Positions 1 to 10,383 of a DNA stretch of 64,000 nucleotides are shown here, piece after piece (within the stretch, counting starts at the first letter, position 1; each line of letters begins with the position of its first letter). The stretch is from a virus. The notes below the pieces were generated by a model, which saw only the letters and a list, made by a program, of their open reading frames with translations, did no database searches and was not told the DNA's origin. The DNA lies in IMG/VR virus record IMGVR_UViG_3300045988_119396; one strand, 5' to 3'. Both the position numbers and the translations under genes were made by a program.

Positions 1-114
1 TAAATTTAACTTAATTATTATAACATATTACTTACTAAAAGTCAATAAATATTGGCAAAATATTTTCGGTAAATTATGTACAAAAAGCAAGGTAAAACCT
101 TACTTCTTCAATGT

Positions 115-570
115 TTATTCCTTATTGTTGTCCTTGTCATTATCTAACTTATCTTTTAATTCATCATTAGATTTATCTTCTAATTGAGCTAGATATTTAA
201 CTAATGATTTAGGGATGGTTACACCCAACTTACCAGCATTCTCTACAATAGAAATACCTTCGTTTGCTAGTAACGTCATTAATACTGGGAGTCTGGTTAT
301 GTCAGCTCCACCAAAGACTACCATATCAAGACCATGAGCTACGATAATCACGCACCACATACCAGCTTTTTTAAAGATACCTTTTGTAAATATCTTAGAC
401 TCTATTTCACCATTATTAGTGGCATTTGCAAGTCCTGTAAACAAATCAATTAGATTAAACACAAGGAAAAACACTGTTGCTGGGGTAAATCCTCCGATTA
501 AAAAGCTAACTGCTCCCATTATCATACCGACATAACCCCCGATATCATAAACCATGAGTTTTCCTTTCAT
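115..570 (-). CDS. phage holin (phiLC3/LL-H-type; N-terminal TM helices, charged C-terminal tail)
   Basis: 151 aa. Hydrophobic N-terminal helices (GGYVGMIMGAVSFLIGGF, VFFLVFNLIDLF) and a highly charged tail (DKSNDELKDKLDNDKDNNKE). Last gene of the late operon. Endolysin is expected just beyond the left edge. Confidence 0.7.
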   Translation of the reverse strand: MKGKLMVYDIGGYVGMIMGAVSFLIGGFTPATVFFLVFNLIDLFTGLANATNNGEIESKIFTKGIFKKAGMWCVIIVAHGLDMVVFGGADITRLPVLMTLLANEGISIVENAGKLGVTIPKSLVKYLAQLEDKSNDELKDKLDNDKDNNKE

Positions 571-579
571 AGTACGTCA

Positions 580-888
580 CTACTTCCCTACTGCTTCTGT
601 ACCAGATGTTGTAGCCTCTGTTTTTTCTGTACCAGATGTTGTAGCCTCTGTTTTTTCTGCAATTTCAGCTGCTACTCGGTCTTCATGTTCAAAAACATAA
701 TCTTGGAACTCGTTCATATCTTTACGTACTTGAGTACGGTTCTTATTGTACAATGCCAAGTCTTGCACTGATTGATTAATATAGTTTTGTGTTGGGTCTG
801 TTGAAACCTTAGCTGTTAATCTAACTGCCACTTGTCCATCTACCATTGCTTGACCTGTTAATGTAATTTCCTTTTGCTTTTCTAACAT
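580..888 (-). CDS. hypothetical protein with a perfect 10-aa tandem duplication (EKTEATTSGT x2)
   Basis: 102 aa. The 30-bp unit at 597-626 is repeated exactly at 627-656. Start ATG overlaps the upstream stop (TAATG). Confidence 0.5.
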   Translation of the reverse strand: MLEKQKEITLTGQAMVDGQVAVRLTAKVSTDPTQNYINQSVQDLALYNKNRTQVRKDMNEFQDYVFEHEDRVAAEIAEKTEATTSGTEKTEATTSGTEAVGK

Positions 889-1055
889 TAGTCGTCACCT
901 TTCTTTTCTTGTAATTGTTGTTTTAATGTTTCATTTTCTTGTTGTAACTTATCAACCTTAACTTGTAAGATTGCATTGTCTAAAAGCATTGTCTTTTGAT
1001 TTTCTAATAGTTTTTGCACTACTTCGTCATAGTTTACTTGCACTTGATTATCCAT
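888..1055 (-). CDS. small coiled-coil protein (~56 aa), below ORF-track size cutoff
   Basis: ATG at 1055..1053, heptad-like sequence MDNQVQVNYDEVVQKLLENQKTMLLDNAILQVKVDKLQQENETLKQQLQEKER. Stop overlaps the start of the 580..888 gene. XkdX-like position between fiber and holin. Confidence 0.35.
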   Translation of the reverse strand: MDNQVQVNYDEVVQKLLENQKTMLLDNAILQVKVDKLQQENETLKQQLQEKKGDD

Positions 1056-1365
1056 TGTTTCCTACGCCCTCCTTCTCTGCACCGAAATAATTAACTAAAC
1101 TAGGGTCAACCCCGTTTTCTACGCATAAGTTTTTTTGCTCTTTGATAGCTTCTGCCATCATTTTCTTTTGTTCAATTTCAATTAAGTTGTCAATGTTGTC
1201 ATCTAAGATAACTTCACCATTATCGGCATATCCTACAACGCCGCCCGTTCCGTTGGTTTGGATAATAGGAGTAGAACCATCACCGCTTAAATACGTAATC
1301 ATATTTGCAACTGTATTACCATTTCCATCTTTTACTTCATGTGTTAATATCGTTGTTTTTTCCAT
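1048..1365 (-). CDS. hypothetical virion-associated protein
   Basis: 105-aa ORF directly downstream of the tail fiber gene with tight spacing. Gly/Asn-rich. Confidence 0.45.
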   Translation of the reverse strand: MEKTTILTHEVKDGNGNTVANMITYLSGDGSTPIIQTNGTGGVVGYADNGEVILDDNIDNLIEIEQKKMMAEAIKEQKNLCVENGVDPSLVNYFGAEKEGVGNNG

Positions 1366-1378
1366 TCAGTTTTACCTC

Positions 1379-4300
1379 CTACATTCTGTGATTAATATCC
1401 CAACGCTTACCACCACCGAATAATATTACATTACCGTCATAACCGATAGCGATACCACCAGTGCCTTGAGTTCTTCCCCATTCAGTTCTGTACATTGATG
1501 GTAGTTTACCTGTCCAGTCAGACCAATTTGTCCAACCAAATCTTAGATTAGCTTGTGCATCAGCCATCCATATTCTTGCATCAGTCATGTCAACGCTTCC
1601 AAAAGGCTTTATAGAGTTCCAATAAAGCGTTACACCAGAGTCGCCAAAACTGTTTGCGTTATATCCCAACTGTACCGTAGGTTGAACATAGAAAGGTTGA
1701 GTACTTGTACTCCATTTTCTTCCAGTCCAAAATAATGAGTCACGTGCATTTTCTATATGAGTTAATGTACCTTTACCATGCTTATATTCTTCATCATACC
1801 AATGGAATCCAGTAGCTTTGTTAACACCTGTGGCATTGTAAATCATTCCATTTGCAATTGACATCTTTCCATTGTTAATACTCGTAGCTTTCCCGATTGC
1901 AAACTCGTCACCGCCATAAGGTTTTCCTAATGTTTGTTGCGGTGTTAAAACAACAGTTATACCATTGACATTGTTTTCTGCTGTGTTCGCAGCTGCACTA
2001 ATGCTGCCCAAACGCTCAATGGCGTTATTGGAATTCAAGTCAAACTCAAGAGAGTCTCCCGTTAATCTTGTAGCAAATGAATTGTCATTACTAAATATAC
2101 CCACACCACCATCACCGTTAAGTGCCATAGTAGAGCTTTTACCTTTTAGCACAACATCTTGTGCATTTAGCTCACCATTTATCGTAGTATTACCATTAAT
2201 TGTTACCCCACCAGAGTCCAATCTCATTTGCACATCTGTCATATTAGGCGACCAACTTGTTGGTGGGAGTGGTGATTTAACCAACATATATCCAGCTGTC
2301 CATATAGAACCACCTATATGATTAAATGGTTCAATTCTCCAGTTGTATCTAGTAGTACCATCGCCAGTTAGTTTGAATACATTCCATTTCCATACCTTAG
2401 TTCTACCACCAAAATGTTTATTATAATCAACACTTTCACTGAAGAAACTCTTATTGGGACTATCGCTGGTTTTATTCTTGTCTGTACTTGCATATATAGA
2501 CAAGTTTTCAAATGCCCCAGCGGTACTGTCTGTCATAAGATAAACACCAAACCAGTATGTTTCACCATTTTCTAGGTAAATACCGTCATTTTTGTTATAG
2601 GCACTCCCGTAATCATCCCATACATGCCCCATCATAGTAATGCTTGGTTGATTAGGAACTGCTGGTAATCCACTTCCTTCAATTTTTTGGAAATCGAAAT
2701 TGCTAGTATTATTTTCAGAATACCCATCAAATGTATCGCTATTAGTTAGTAAGTTATTTACTCCACCAGTTGCTGCACCAGCTTGTTGAACTCTTAATAA
2801 GAATTGGCTATTATCTTGTAAGAACTCGGTACGACTATTTAGCGGATTGATTTTGTTATCAACATCTGTCTTGGTATAAACCGTATTAAACTTGTCAGCA
2901 TTGGCTGTGATTTGACCTTGCAAAAGTCCTATTTTATTGTCTGTATCATCTGGGTTAGGTGTCCATGGAGTTGCTACGTTACCAAGTTCAATCTTGAACT
3001 CTTTCCAACCAAATGTAACACTACCACTATCATTTCGCCCTACTGGTATATTCCATGCAGAAAAACCTGTTGGTATAATACCACTGGCAGTACTATATCC
3101 ACTTTGTCCAGCTTTAATTACATTCCCACCAATAGTCTTTTTATCAGTCCATATCTGCACCCATGCGTCTTTACTTGGTTTTTCTATCCATACACGAACT
3201 GTCATATATTTACCTTGATAATCCTGCAAATTATTAAACGATGTTGAAGCAGAACTACCAACAAACAAGCATGGACTAGCAGTTATGTTGGTTAGTTTAT
3301 TACTTGTGTGTTTAGCTAAGTTAATTCCACCGCCATCAGAATTTACTACATCTTGTATACTTGTAAACTTAGTACTCCACTCTTTAGCAGTATTAGTCAT
3401 TTCTTGCCTGTACTGTCCAATGTTTGTTGTATTAGTTCTTACAGTACTTTCTAAGTCACCAATCTTGTTTGTCAATGTTTGTGTAGCAGATTGTAGCTTT
3501 TTATCACTATCTGTCTGTATTGCACTAATCTTTTCTTGTGTACCATTGGCTAATTCAGTAATCTTATGTTCATACTTCCCGATTTCGCCAGTACTATCGT
3601 TGTATTGTATCTGACTAATCATACGCTCAAACTTCGTATCAGTTTGCGTAGCCTTAGTAGTAGCTGTGTTAATTCCTTCTTGTAAATCCTCTGGCGCTGG
3701 CGACCAATCTGTTGCTACGTCGCCTTTCTCTAGCTTGAGTTCTTTCCAACTTAATGAAACAGATAGCCCATCACCAGCACCAATGACCAAGTTAGCACCA
3801 GTAATGTCGTTGTTAAGTGTTCCATGAACTTCACTATATCCACTTTGTCCAGCTTTAATTACATTGCCCTTGAATAGACCATTACCACCAACATATGCTT
3901 GTAGCCAACTATCCTTATTAGGCTTTTCTATCCAAACCTTTGCTGTGAAATTGTCTAATGGATATATGCTCCTAAAGAAATCAGTATCGTAAGGCAATCT
4001 CACCCAATCATTAGTAGTACTCTTTTGTTGTAAATCACGACTTGTACCTTTCAACAAATTAGTTCCACCAACCTTGATGTTATCTACTTTATCATTGACC
4101 CCATCAATTTTTTGGCTTACTTTACTAACTTCACTCTTAATTTTATCTGGGAATACTTTAATATCTGCCTCGTTCTTAGACACCCTATTGGTTAAATCAT
4201 TAACTATTGATTGCGAAGCTTTTAAATCAACTTCACCTTTTAATACTCCAATACTTGCGTTAGTAGCCTTTATATCATTACCTAACTTTTCTGTTTGTGT

Positions 4301-6511
4301 ATTAAGAAGATTAATCTTTTCAGAGTCTTGTTCGATTTTAGTTCTTTGCTTAATTAAACTAGCTTGTTGGTCTAATGGATTTACTTCATAAGTCCCATCA
4401 TTTACATCAGAAAACTTAGCAAAGAAATTAGTTAAATACATATCATATCCAGTAACTGTTTCTGGAACTACGATACATGTTTTTACCACATCGCTTCTAT
4501 CATTACTTGTTTTGTACACACCACGAGCACATCTAAAATTGCTACCAGATTTAGTAACTTGGTTTGTAGATAAACCTAAATTTTGTAATGTAACATCTAC
4601 GTAATTCACCCTATTATTTGAAACGTCATAATATTCAATGCGTAAAATGTAAGGTAAAATATCACCACTTCCATCTAATGCTATATCTACTCCAATAACT
4701 AATTTACCTTGTTTTACTGGGAAGTAATTCGTTCTAGCACCTAACAGCGTTCCAGTAGTTGAACGATTAGATTTAATCCATATTCCATCTAGTCCACTTG
4801 GTGTTGTTAAACCAACTTTAGCACTTACATCTTGCCAATTATCAAAACTAGGATTACCATTATCATCTGTAATAAGGAATGAACTGTTAAGAATTAGGTT
4901 CGTCCCACCGTCAGCCAAAGCCCCTATCTTAGCATTGGTTTGTTTCTCATATTCAGCACTCAATTCCTGTGATGTAGCCTTTAACTTACCACTAAATTCT
5001 TCTGCTAAACCAGTAGTCTTATCATCTGTATACTTTTTAGAATTAGCCTCAATTCCATCTGCCCTTTGTGTAAATGTAGAGCTTACGTTTTCTATCTTCT
5101 TATCTGTTTCAGTTTGCCTTTGTACAATTCCACTAATTTGGTTGTCATACACATCAAACTGTGCTTCTGTGTGTTCCACACGTTTGTATATGTCTTGTGC
5201 ATTATCTTCCCAAGCATAAACCTTGTCCCCTACTTCTAATTTAGGTCTATTGAGGTATAAGATAGTATCGCTTGTCACACCACTTCTATCAAAAACAAAC
5301 TTCATTGTAGTTGCACTAGCCACAATAGTTGCATAGTATCGTTGCCAGTTATTTGTAACCTTAGTATCGTGTGGAGTATACACAGTCTTCATAACACCCA
5401 AGAAAGATGTCCCATTATCAACCATAAGTTGTACACCACCAGAACCACTATTCGTATGGTCTACTTTTGCAAAGATAGAAACAGAATATATCTTACCGAC
5501 TTCTAAGCCATCTACCGTCATGCTTAGATTAGAACCATTGTGCAATTCAGCCACCTTAGAATGATTGTAAATATCATCGTTAACTCTACCTAAAGCATTA
5601 TTGCTAAATTGCCAACCCATAAATTCTCTTGTACCAGTAAAGATATTAGCTTTCTTGACTTGGAAATCATCAATATCATTAGCTAAAGTGTCCTTGGACA
5701 CCTTTTCTTCAATCTTGCCCGCTAACTGTGTAATATCACTTCCTTGTGTTGTAACAGTGCCAGTTAATATATCTAAGTCTTGTTTTGTAGCTTTTGATTG
5801 TAATTCATTTTTAGTTTGTGTAATTTCTGTTTCGTTACGTTCAATACGTTCTTTATATTCATCAAAGTCTGTATTAGACATCTTACTATCTAACTTGCCA
5901 TTGATATTAGTGATTTCTGTTCTAACCTTACCCCAGTCCATTTGTGCATTGGTTAGGTCATTTCTAACACTAGCTAATTGAGCTGATGTAGCAGTTAAAT
6001 CACTCTTAGTACTTTCAATAACCGCATTGATTTGTTTAATTTCAGTATTCTTTTGGTCTATGTCACCTTGAATATCGGTTTTAGCTTGTTCCAACTCTTT
6101 ATTGATAGCCTTTTGGTCTTCCATGAATTGAGCCATGCTATCGTCTAATTCTTTTTGAGCGTCTTTATAAGCCTGTAATGCCTCTGTCTGTGTTCTCTTA
6201 GCGTCTTCCACAGCTTGATTGATAAGCTTTTGTGCTTCTTCTTCACTTAACCCTACATTTTGAGCTACTTCATCAAGTTTTTGTTGAAGTTTATCTGCAG
6301 CTTGTTGTGCATTTTTAGCAGCTTGCGTACTCTCGTCTACCTTTTGTTGTAGGTCGCTAAAACCTTTGCCACCACCTAAAAAGATTTCGTTGATGGCTTC
6401 TACTAAATTATCCTTGCTTTCGGTTTTTAATTCCTCGATAGTACCAACGTCTTTTACGGTAGCGTCATGGTATTCTCCGTTTTCTAAATATTTAATAGTC
6501 TTCTTAGCCAT
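1379..6511 (-). CDS. tail fiber / receptor-binding protein (1710 aa) with coiled-coil N-terminus and repeated carbohydrate-binding-like domains
   Basis: Long N-terminal coiled coil (QQKLDEVAQ..., KELEQAKTDIQ...). Internally duplicated domain (VWIEKPNKDSWLQAYVGGNGLFKGNVIKAGQSGYSEVHG vs VRVWIEKPSKDAWVQIWTDKKTIGGNVIKAGQSGYSTASG). Galactose-binding-like segment (FMGWQFSNN...KVTNNWQRYYATIV). Largest gene of the late operon. Confidence 0.7.
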   Translation of the reverse strand: MAKKTIKYLENGEYHDATVKDVGTIEELKTESKDNLVEAINEIFLGGGKGFSDLQQKVDESTQAAKNAQQAADKLQQKLDEVAQNVGLSEEEAQKLINQAVEDAKRTQTEALQAYKDAQKELDDSMAQFMEDQKAINKELEQAKTDIQGDIDQKNTEIKQINAVIESTKSDLTATSAQLASVRNDLTNAQMDWGKVRTEITNINGKLDSKMSNTDFDEYKERIERNETEITQTKNELQSKATKQDLDILTGTVTTQGSDITQLAGKIEEKVSKDTLANDIDDFQVKKANIFTGTREFMGWQFSNNALGRVNDDIYNHSKVAELHNGSNLSMTVDGLEVGKIYSVSIFAKVDHTNSGSGGVQLMVDNGTSFLGVMKTVYTPHDTKVTNNWQRYYATIVASATTMKFVFDRSGVTSDTILYLNRPKLEVGDKVYAWEDNAQDIYKRVEHTEAQFDVYDNQISGIVQRQTETDKKIENVSSTFTQRADGIEANSKKYTDDKTTGLAEEFSGKLKATSQELSAEYEKQTNAKIGALADGGTNLILNSSFLITDDNGNPSFDNWQDVSAKVGLTTPSGLDGIWIKSNRSTTGTLLGARTNYFPVKQGKLVIGVDIALDGSGDILPYILRIEYYDVSNNRVNYVDVTLQNLGLSTNQVTKSGSNFRCARGVYKTSNDRSDVVKTCIVVPETVTGYDMYLTNFFAKFSDVNDGTYEVNPLDQQASLIKQRTKIEQDSEKINLLNTQTEKLGNDIKATNASIGVLKGEVDLKASQSIVNDLTNRVSKNEADIKVFPDKIKSEVSKVSQKIDGVNDKVDNIKVGGTNLLKGTSRDLQQKSTTNDWVRLPYDTDFFRSIYPLDNFTAKVWIEKPNKDSWLQAYVGGNGLFKGNVIKAGQSGYSEVHGTLNNDITGANLVIGAGDGLSVSLSWKELKLEKGDVATDWSPAPEDLQEGINTATTKATQTDTKFERMISQIQYNDSTGEIGKYEHKITELANGTQEKISAIQTDSDKKLQSATQTLTNKIGDLESTVRTNTTNIGQYRQEMTNTAKEWSTKFTSIQDVVNSDGGGINLAKHTSNKLTNITASPCLFVGSSASTSFNNLQDYQGKYMTVRVWIEKPSKDAWVQIWTDKKTIGGNVIKAGQSGYSTASGIIPTGFSAWNIPVGRNDSGSVTFGWKEFKIELGNVATPWTPNPDDTDNKIGLLQGQITANADKFNTVYTKTDVDNKINPLNSRTEFLQDNSQFLLRVQQAGAATGGVNNLLTNSDTFDGYSENNTSNFDFQKIEGSGLPAVPNQPSITMMGHVWDDYGSAYNKNDGIYLENGETYWFGVYLMTDSTAGAFENLSIYASTDKNKTSDSPNKSFFSESVDYNKHFGGRTKVWKWNVFKLTGDGTTRYNWRIEPFNHIGGSIWTAGYMLVKSPLPPTSWSPNMTDVQMRLDSGGVTINGNTTINGELNAQDVVLKGKSSTMALNGDGGVGIFSNDNSFATRLTGDSLEFDLNSNNAIERLGSISAAANTAENNVNGITVVLTPQQTLGKPYGGDEFAIGKATSINNGKMSIANGMIYNATGVNKATGFHWYDEEYKHGKGTLTHIENARDSLFWTGRKWSTSTQPFYVQPTVQLGYNANSFGDSGVTLYWNSIKPFGSVDMTDARIWMADAQANLRFGWTNWSDWTGKLPSMYRTEWGRTQGTGGIAIGYDGNVILFGGGKRWDINHRM

Positions 6512-6650
6512 TCAATGAAATCTTCCTCTCTATATTCTAAATCTCTCTATAATTTCTTGAATACTTTCTATTCAATTTTCTGATATGTACGATAGTTTCT
6601 ATTCCAATGATAGAAACTACTTATGATAACGCTTATATTTTATAGCTTAA

Positions 6651-7751
6651 TTAGTCAATAAATGTGTATTCAGCGATTGAGTTGTTTTCATCTGGGAACA
6701 AGTCAACCTTAATAGATAAGGAAGTTGGTTCTTTAGATGATTGGTTGAATGTGAAGTCAGATTGTGGACGTGCGTTCATGTAGTGAACTTGTGCAAAGTG
6801 GTCTTCACCAGTTTCAACTTGACGAATTTGTGCGTCTGCGTAGATTTCAAAACTCTTAGGGAACTTGTCAGCAGAAACAGTTAACTTGCTTGCACCTTGT
6901 ACTTTTGTTTCGTAGTATGCAACGAAGTCTGCATTTACTGGAGCTGCGTCTGATAATTGTACCAACCCGCCTTCTTTTAATTCGTATGTCAATGCTGTTT
7001 CTGTTGTAGCTGTTGCAGCTCTTTGTGCAGCTGTCTTAGCTTCTTCTGTTGCTTTAACTGTTGCACCAGCTTCTTGTGTACCTAAAGCTGTTGTTGTCAC
7101 TTCAACTTCTGCAGATAGAGCTGATTGTCCTTTTTCTGGACTTGCAGCACGAACTGTGTACTTGTATTTTGTTTGTGGTGCTAAGTCTGTATCGTTGTAG
7201 CTGTTTGTAGCAACGTCAGCAACTTTAGAACCATTGCGATATAGGATATAAGTAGCAGCACCATCAACTTTGTTCCATGTAATTGTAGCTGTCTTATCTT
7301 TTGCTGTAACAGCAACTTCTTGTGGCATAGCTAATGCTTGGTCACCACTTGCTACCTTTTCAAGAACTTCAGCTTTGTGTGAAATTCCGTCATTATCTAA
7401 TTGGAATACAGATAATGTACCTTTTTTAGGAACTAAGGATAGTTTTAATTGCTTAGAAACAGAACTTTGTAGACGTTCTTTCTTAAAGATGTCGCCTTCA
7501 CCTTCTTCAATATCACTACCCATAACCATAGCAAGTAACTTGTTGTCAAAGATTTCACTTTCGATTGTTAATGTACCTTGACGTCCAGAGTCAAATGCTA
7601 CCGCGTTGTTATTTTTCTTCTTTGCGTATACTCGGTCTGCCTTATATTCAGCGTTTGTTGCGTTTGCGTAATCTGCATAGAAGAAGATACGTCCTGTTGC
7701 TTTATCAATCACTGTAAAGTTAGCAGCGTCTTTCATAGCGTATGTTGCCAT
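6651..7751 (-). CDS. virion structural protein with C-terminal FN3/Ig-like domain (possible tail tube / major tail protein)
   Basis: 366 aa. N-terminus MATYAMKDAANFTVIDKATGRIFFYADYANATNAEYKADRVYA resembles tail-tube N-termini. FN3-like segment TATITWNKVDGAATYILYRNG...YKYTVRAA. Confidence 0.45.
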   Translation of the reverse strand: MATYAMKDAANFTVIDKATGRIFFYADYANATNAEYKADRVYAKKKNNNAVAFDSGRQGTLTIESEIFDNKLLAMVMGSDIEEGEGDIFKKERLQSSVSKQLKLSLVPKKGTLSVFQLDNDGISHKAEVLEKVASGDQALAMPQEVAVTAKDKTATITWNKVDGAATYILYRNGSKVADVATNSYNDTDLAPQTKYKYTVRAASPEKGQSALSAEVEVTTTALGTQEAGATVKATEEAKTAAQRAATATTETALTYELKEGGLVQLSDAAPVNADFVAYYETKVQGASKLTVSADKFPKSFEIYADAQIRQVETGEDHFAQVHYMNARPQSDFTFNQSSKEPTSLSIKVDLFPDENNSIAEYTFID

Positions 7752-7772
7752 AATTTGTAACCACCTTTGGTA

Positions 7773-8570
7773 TTAATTTTTATTATTTTTAATTAGCTTG
7801 ACTTTAGATTGCCAGCTAGTTAATTTCATATCTTTAGTATCGAACTTGCTTGATGTATAGAATGCTAATTCTTCCATATGTGCTTCACGTTCCATATAAC
7901 CGTTTAGCATGTTAACGAATTGGTAGTAAGTTAGGTTTTCAATCACATCTGCTGTCACAAACGACCCAGTTGCGATTTGTAAAATCAATATTTTATCTCC
8001 AAACTCCCCGCCATTATCATTCTGTTGTTTCTGTAAACGACCAGCGTAAACTTTCTTCCATATATCAAGTTTCCTGTCATTGCTTGCTACATTCTTAGGA
8101 GCAATTAAATCTGGGTTCTCTTGATAAAGGGTTATAACCTTGATGTAGTCACTGAACTTTTTATATTCTTCTACATCTATAATCCAATCTAGTTTCTCAC
8201 TAACTATCTTTTTACTAGCTGGCAAGAGTTGGAAATCTTCTGGGTCACATTCTACCCAATAAGCTAAGCTCTCAATTATATAATCACTAAGCAAAATCTT
8301 ATTACCAGTAAGCAATTCACCTACTTCATTATTTGCTTCTTCATCAAATGCCAGTAGTAATAGTGATGGGAATTGTTTCTCCATTTCATCTACGATTTCT
8401 GGCATACCAGAGAATATCTTTCGTACTGAGTCTGTGAAAGGTCTAGCCTTCATCATGAACTCACTTTCGCCATTCTCTATAATTTCCTTAATCTTTGGGA
8501 CGTGTATCTTGAACTTATCCTCGTACTCAACATCTCGACCTAAAATCAATTTTGTATAGTTAATTCCCAT
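7773..8570 (-). CDS. hypothetical virion/morphogenesis protein
   Basis: 265-aa ORF in the structural operon, no recognisable motif. Confidence 0.4.
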   Translation of the reverse strand: MGINYTKLILGRDVEYEDKFKIHVPKIKEIIENGESEFMMKARPFTDSVRKIFSGMPEIVDEMEKQFPSLLLLAFDEEANNEVGELLTGNKILLSDYIIESLAYWVECDPEDFQLLPASKKIVSEKLDWIIDVEEYKKFSDYIKVITLYQENPDLIAPKNVASNDRKLDIWKKVYAGRLQKQQNDNGGEFGDKILILQIATGSFVTADVIENLTYYQFVNMLNGYMEREAHMEELAFYTSSKFDTKDMKLTSWQSKVKLIKNNKN

Positions 8571-8575
8571 AGTTA

Positions 8576-9250
8576 TTACCTCATCAAGTCAATAACTTTC
8601 ATTTGTAATACATAACCACCAAATTTATTGTTTTGGTCGAATAGTTCTGTTAAGTTGCCCTCTTTGATATGTCCCATACCATAATCATCAGAGTCTTGGA
8701 ATAAGTCATATACACGCATTAGTAATAGGTCACGTCTATCACCATAATCGGTATTCATAATGGATATATCGTTCAAAATATAGAACCAAATGTACCCCAT
8801 TGTGAATTGTTGTGAGAATTGTCGCCATGACTCTTGTGGGATAAAACCAGATATACCCAAACTAATAAATGCCTTTTGAGTTTCTACCGTTTGTGGAATA
8901 TATCTATAACTAAAGATGTTTTGATTAATCAAATCGTAACTTTCATCTTCGGTTAAGTCTGGTCTATCCAAAGCGTCTGGTGTGCTATATTTCAACAACT
9001 TACCGATTTGCTTATCTAAACACAATGTTTCCATAATCTTTTGTCGCCAATCAACTATCTTCATAATTGAGTTTTGATGTTGAAATGGATAACGCCTATC
9101 CATTGTCATACCAGAATCACCAAGTTGTTTTACACGCTTTTCTTCTGGTACCGTGCTAGGGTCAACAATCATAGGATTATAGTTTTCTTCTGTCTTAGCA
9201 CGTACATCTCTTAACCTGTCTTCTCTAGTATCAATACCTATGTTTGTCAA
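8576..9250 (-). CDS. hypothetical virion/morphogenesis protein
   Basis: 224-aa ORF, tightly packed within the late operon. Confidence 0.4.
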   Translation of the reverse strand: MTNIGIDTREDRLRDVRAKTEENYNPMIVDPSTVPEEKRVKQLGDSGMTMDRRYPFQHQNSIMKIVDWRQKIMETLCLDKQIGKLLKYSTPDALDRPDLTEDESYDLINQNIFSYRYIPQTVETQKAFISLGISGFIPQESWRQFSQQFTMGYIWFYILNDISIMNTDYGDRRDLLLMRVYDLFQDSDDYGMGHIKEGNLTELFDQNNKFGGYVLQMKVIDLMR

Positions 9251-9261
9251 AAACTAACCCC

Positions 9262-10383
9262 CTAGAACATATTTACAATAGTTATTGCTAAATTCTTAAC
9301 TACACCATTAGCGTCTTTAGCCATGATATTTGATTTCTGACCTACCAATCTCCTATCTTTCTTAACCCTAATTGCTAAGGTATTTTCTGTTCTGTCTTGT
9401 ATAGTGAATGGTAAATCTTCAATATCAGCAGCCACCCATTCTGTTACGTTATAAGGTTGTTCCACACCTTGTTCATCAGTGTAAATACTCTTATATACAT
9501 AATTTCTACCTAGCTTAGCCCTATCTTCACCGACTATCTTCCAGTCAATTTGTGTTTGTCTAGGTTTTTCTGGTGTATCGCCTGTATTGCCATGATTTTC
9601 GTCATCTTTAGGCTTATCATCTGTATTTGGATTTGTAGGTGTCGCATCTTTTCCACCCTTATCTTTATCTTTATAATCATCTTTTTGCCAATAATCAGCT
9701 ATTCCCAGTTTATAATTGTCTATTTCTGGATTCTTAGTATCTTCATCAAGTAAGAAGTTAATCAACCCTACACGAGAGATATTGTCGGCAAATTCAATCT
9801 TATAAACGTTACTACCGATAAATAATCTAGTCCCGATACCTAATTTTCTTGTTTCTTCATTATCTTGTAGATATAACATCATCTTGGCATTAACCAATGA
9901 AGTATAGTTACCAGCAAAGCTAACACCCAATGTATATAATGTCTGGTTTTGTACGTAAGCTCCCCAGCCTTCACCGTTGTTACATACCTTATGACCGTCA
10001 TAATCTACAATCCATTTCAATCTTTGGTTTACTTGTTTAATCTTTAATTGTTGATGAGTTGGAATTGTTTTGTGTTCTTCTGTAAATACAAGCCATTCAG
10101 ACTCACCCCATTGTGGTACGTCCCATTGAAGATAACTACCAACGTTACATTCAACATCATTGTCTAAGATAAGATACTTATCATCTGACAAGTCTTTGTT
10201 ATTAGCTTGTGAATGGTCTTGGAATATAGCATATTCTTTATGACCATCAATGTAACAAGGAAATCTGTTCAATGTATTTTCTGAATAAACCTTGTATTCA
10301 TGTGCTTTACGCTTAAAGTTACGCTCATAAGTATTGTCACCTAGAGCTTTCATTCTTCTAAGATACATATCTGAATATCCCAT
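9262..10383 (-). CDS. hypothetical structural protein with a Lys/Asp/Pro-rich linker
   Basis: 373 aa. Low-complexity linker KDDYKDKDKGGKDATPTNPNTDDKPKDDENHG. Stop overlaps the upstream gene start at 10383. Confidence 0.4.
   Translation of the reverse strand: MGYSDMYLRRMKALGDNTYERNFKRKAHEYKVYSENTLNRFPCYIDGHKEYAIFQDHSQANNKDLSDDKYLILDNDVECNVGSYLQWDVPQWGESEWLVFTEEHKTIPTHQQLKIKQVNQRLKWIVDYDGHKVCNNGEGWGAYVQNQTLYTLGVSFAGNYTSLVNAKMMLYLQDNEETRKLGIGTRLFIGSNVYKIEFADNISRVGLINFLLDEDTKNPEIDNYKLGIADYWQKDDYKDKDKGGKDATPTNPNTDDKPKDDENHGNTGDTPEKPRQTQIDWKIVGEDRAKLGRNYVYKSIYTDEQGVEQPYNVTEWVAADIEDLPFTIQDRTENTLAIRVKKDRRLVGQKSNIMAKDANGVVKNLAITIVNMF

Noticed and set aside
1142-5981. Multiple plus-strand ORFs (60-126 aa) inside the tail fiber gene and other late genes
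   Set aside because: These are antisense to long, well-supported minus-strand genes. They are hydrophobic or low-complexity translations without RBS.
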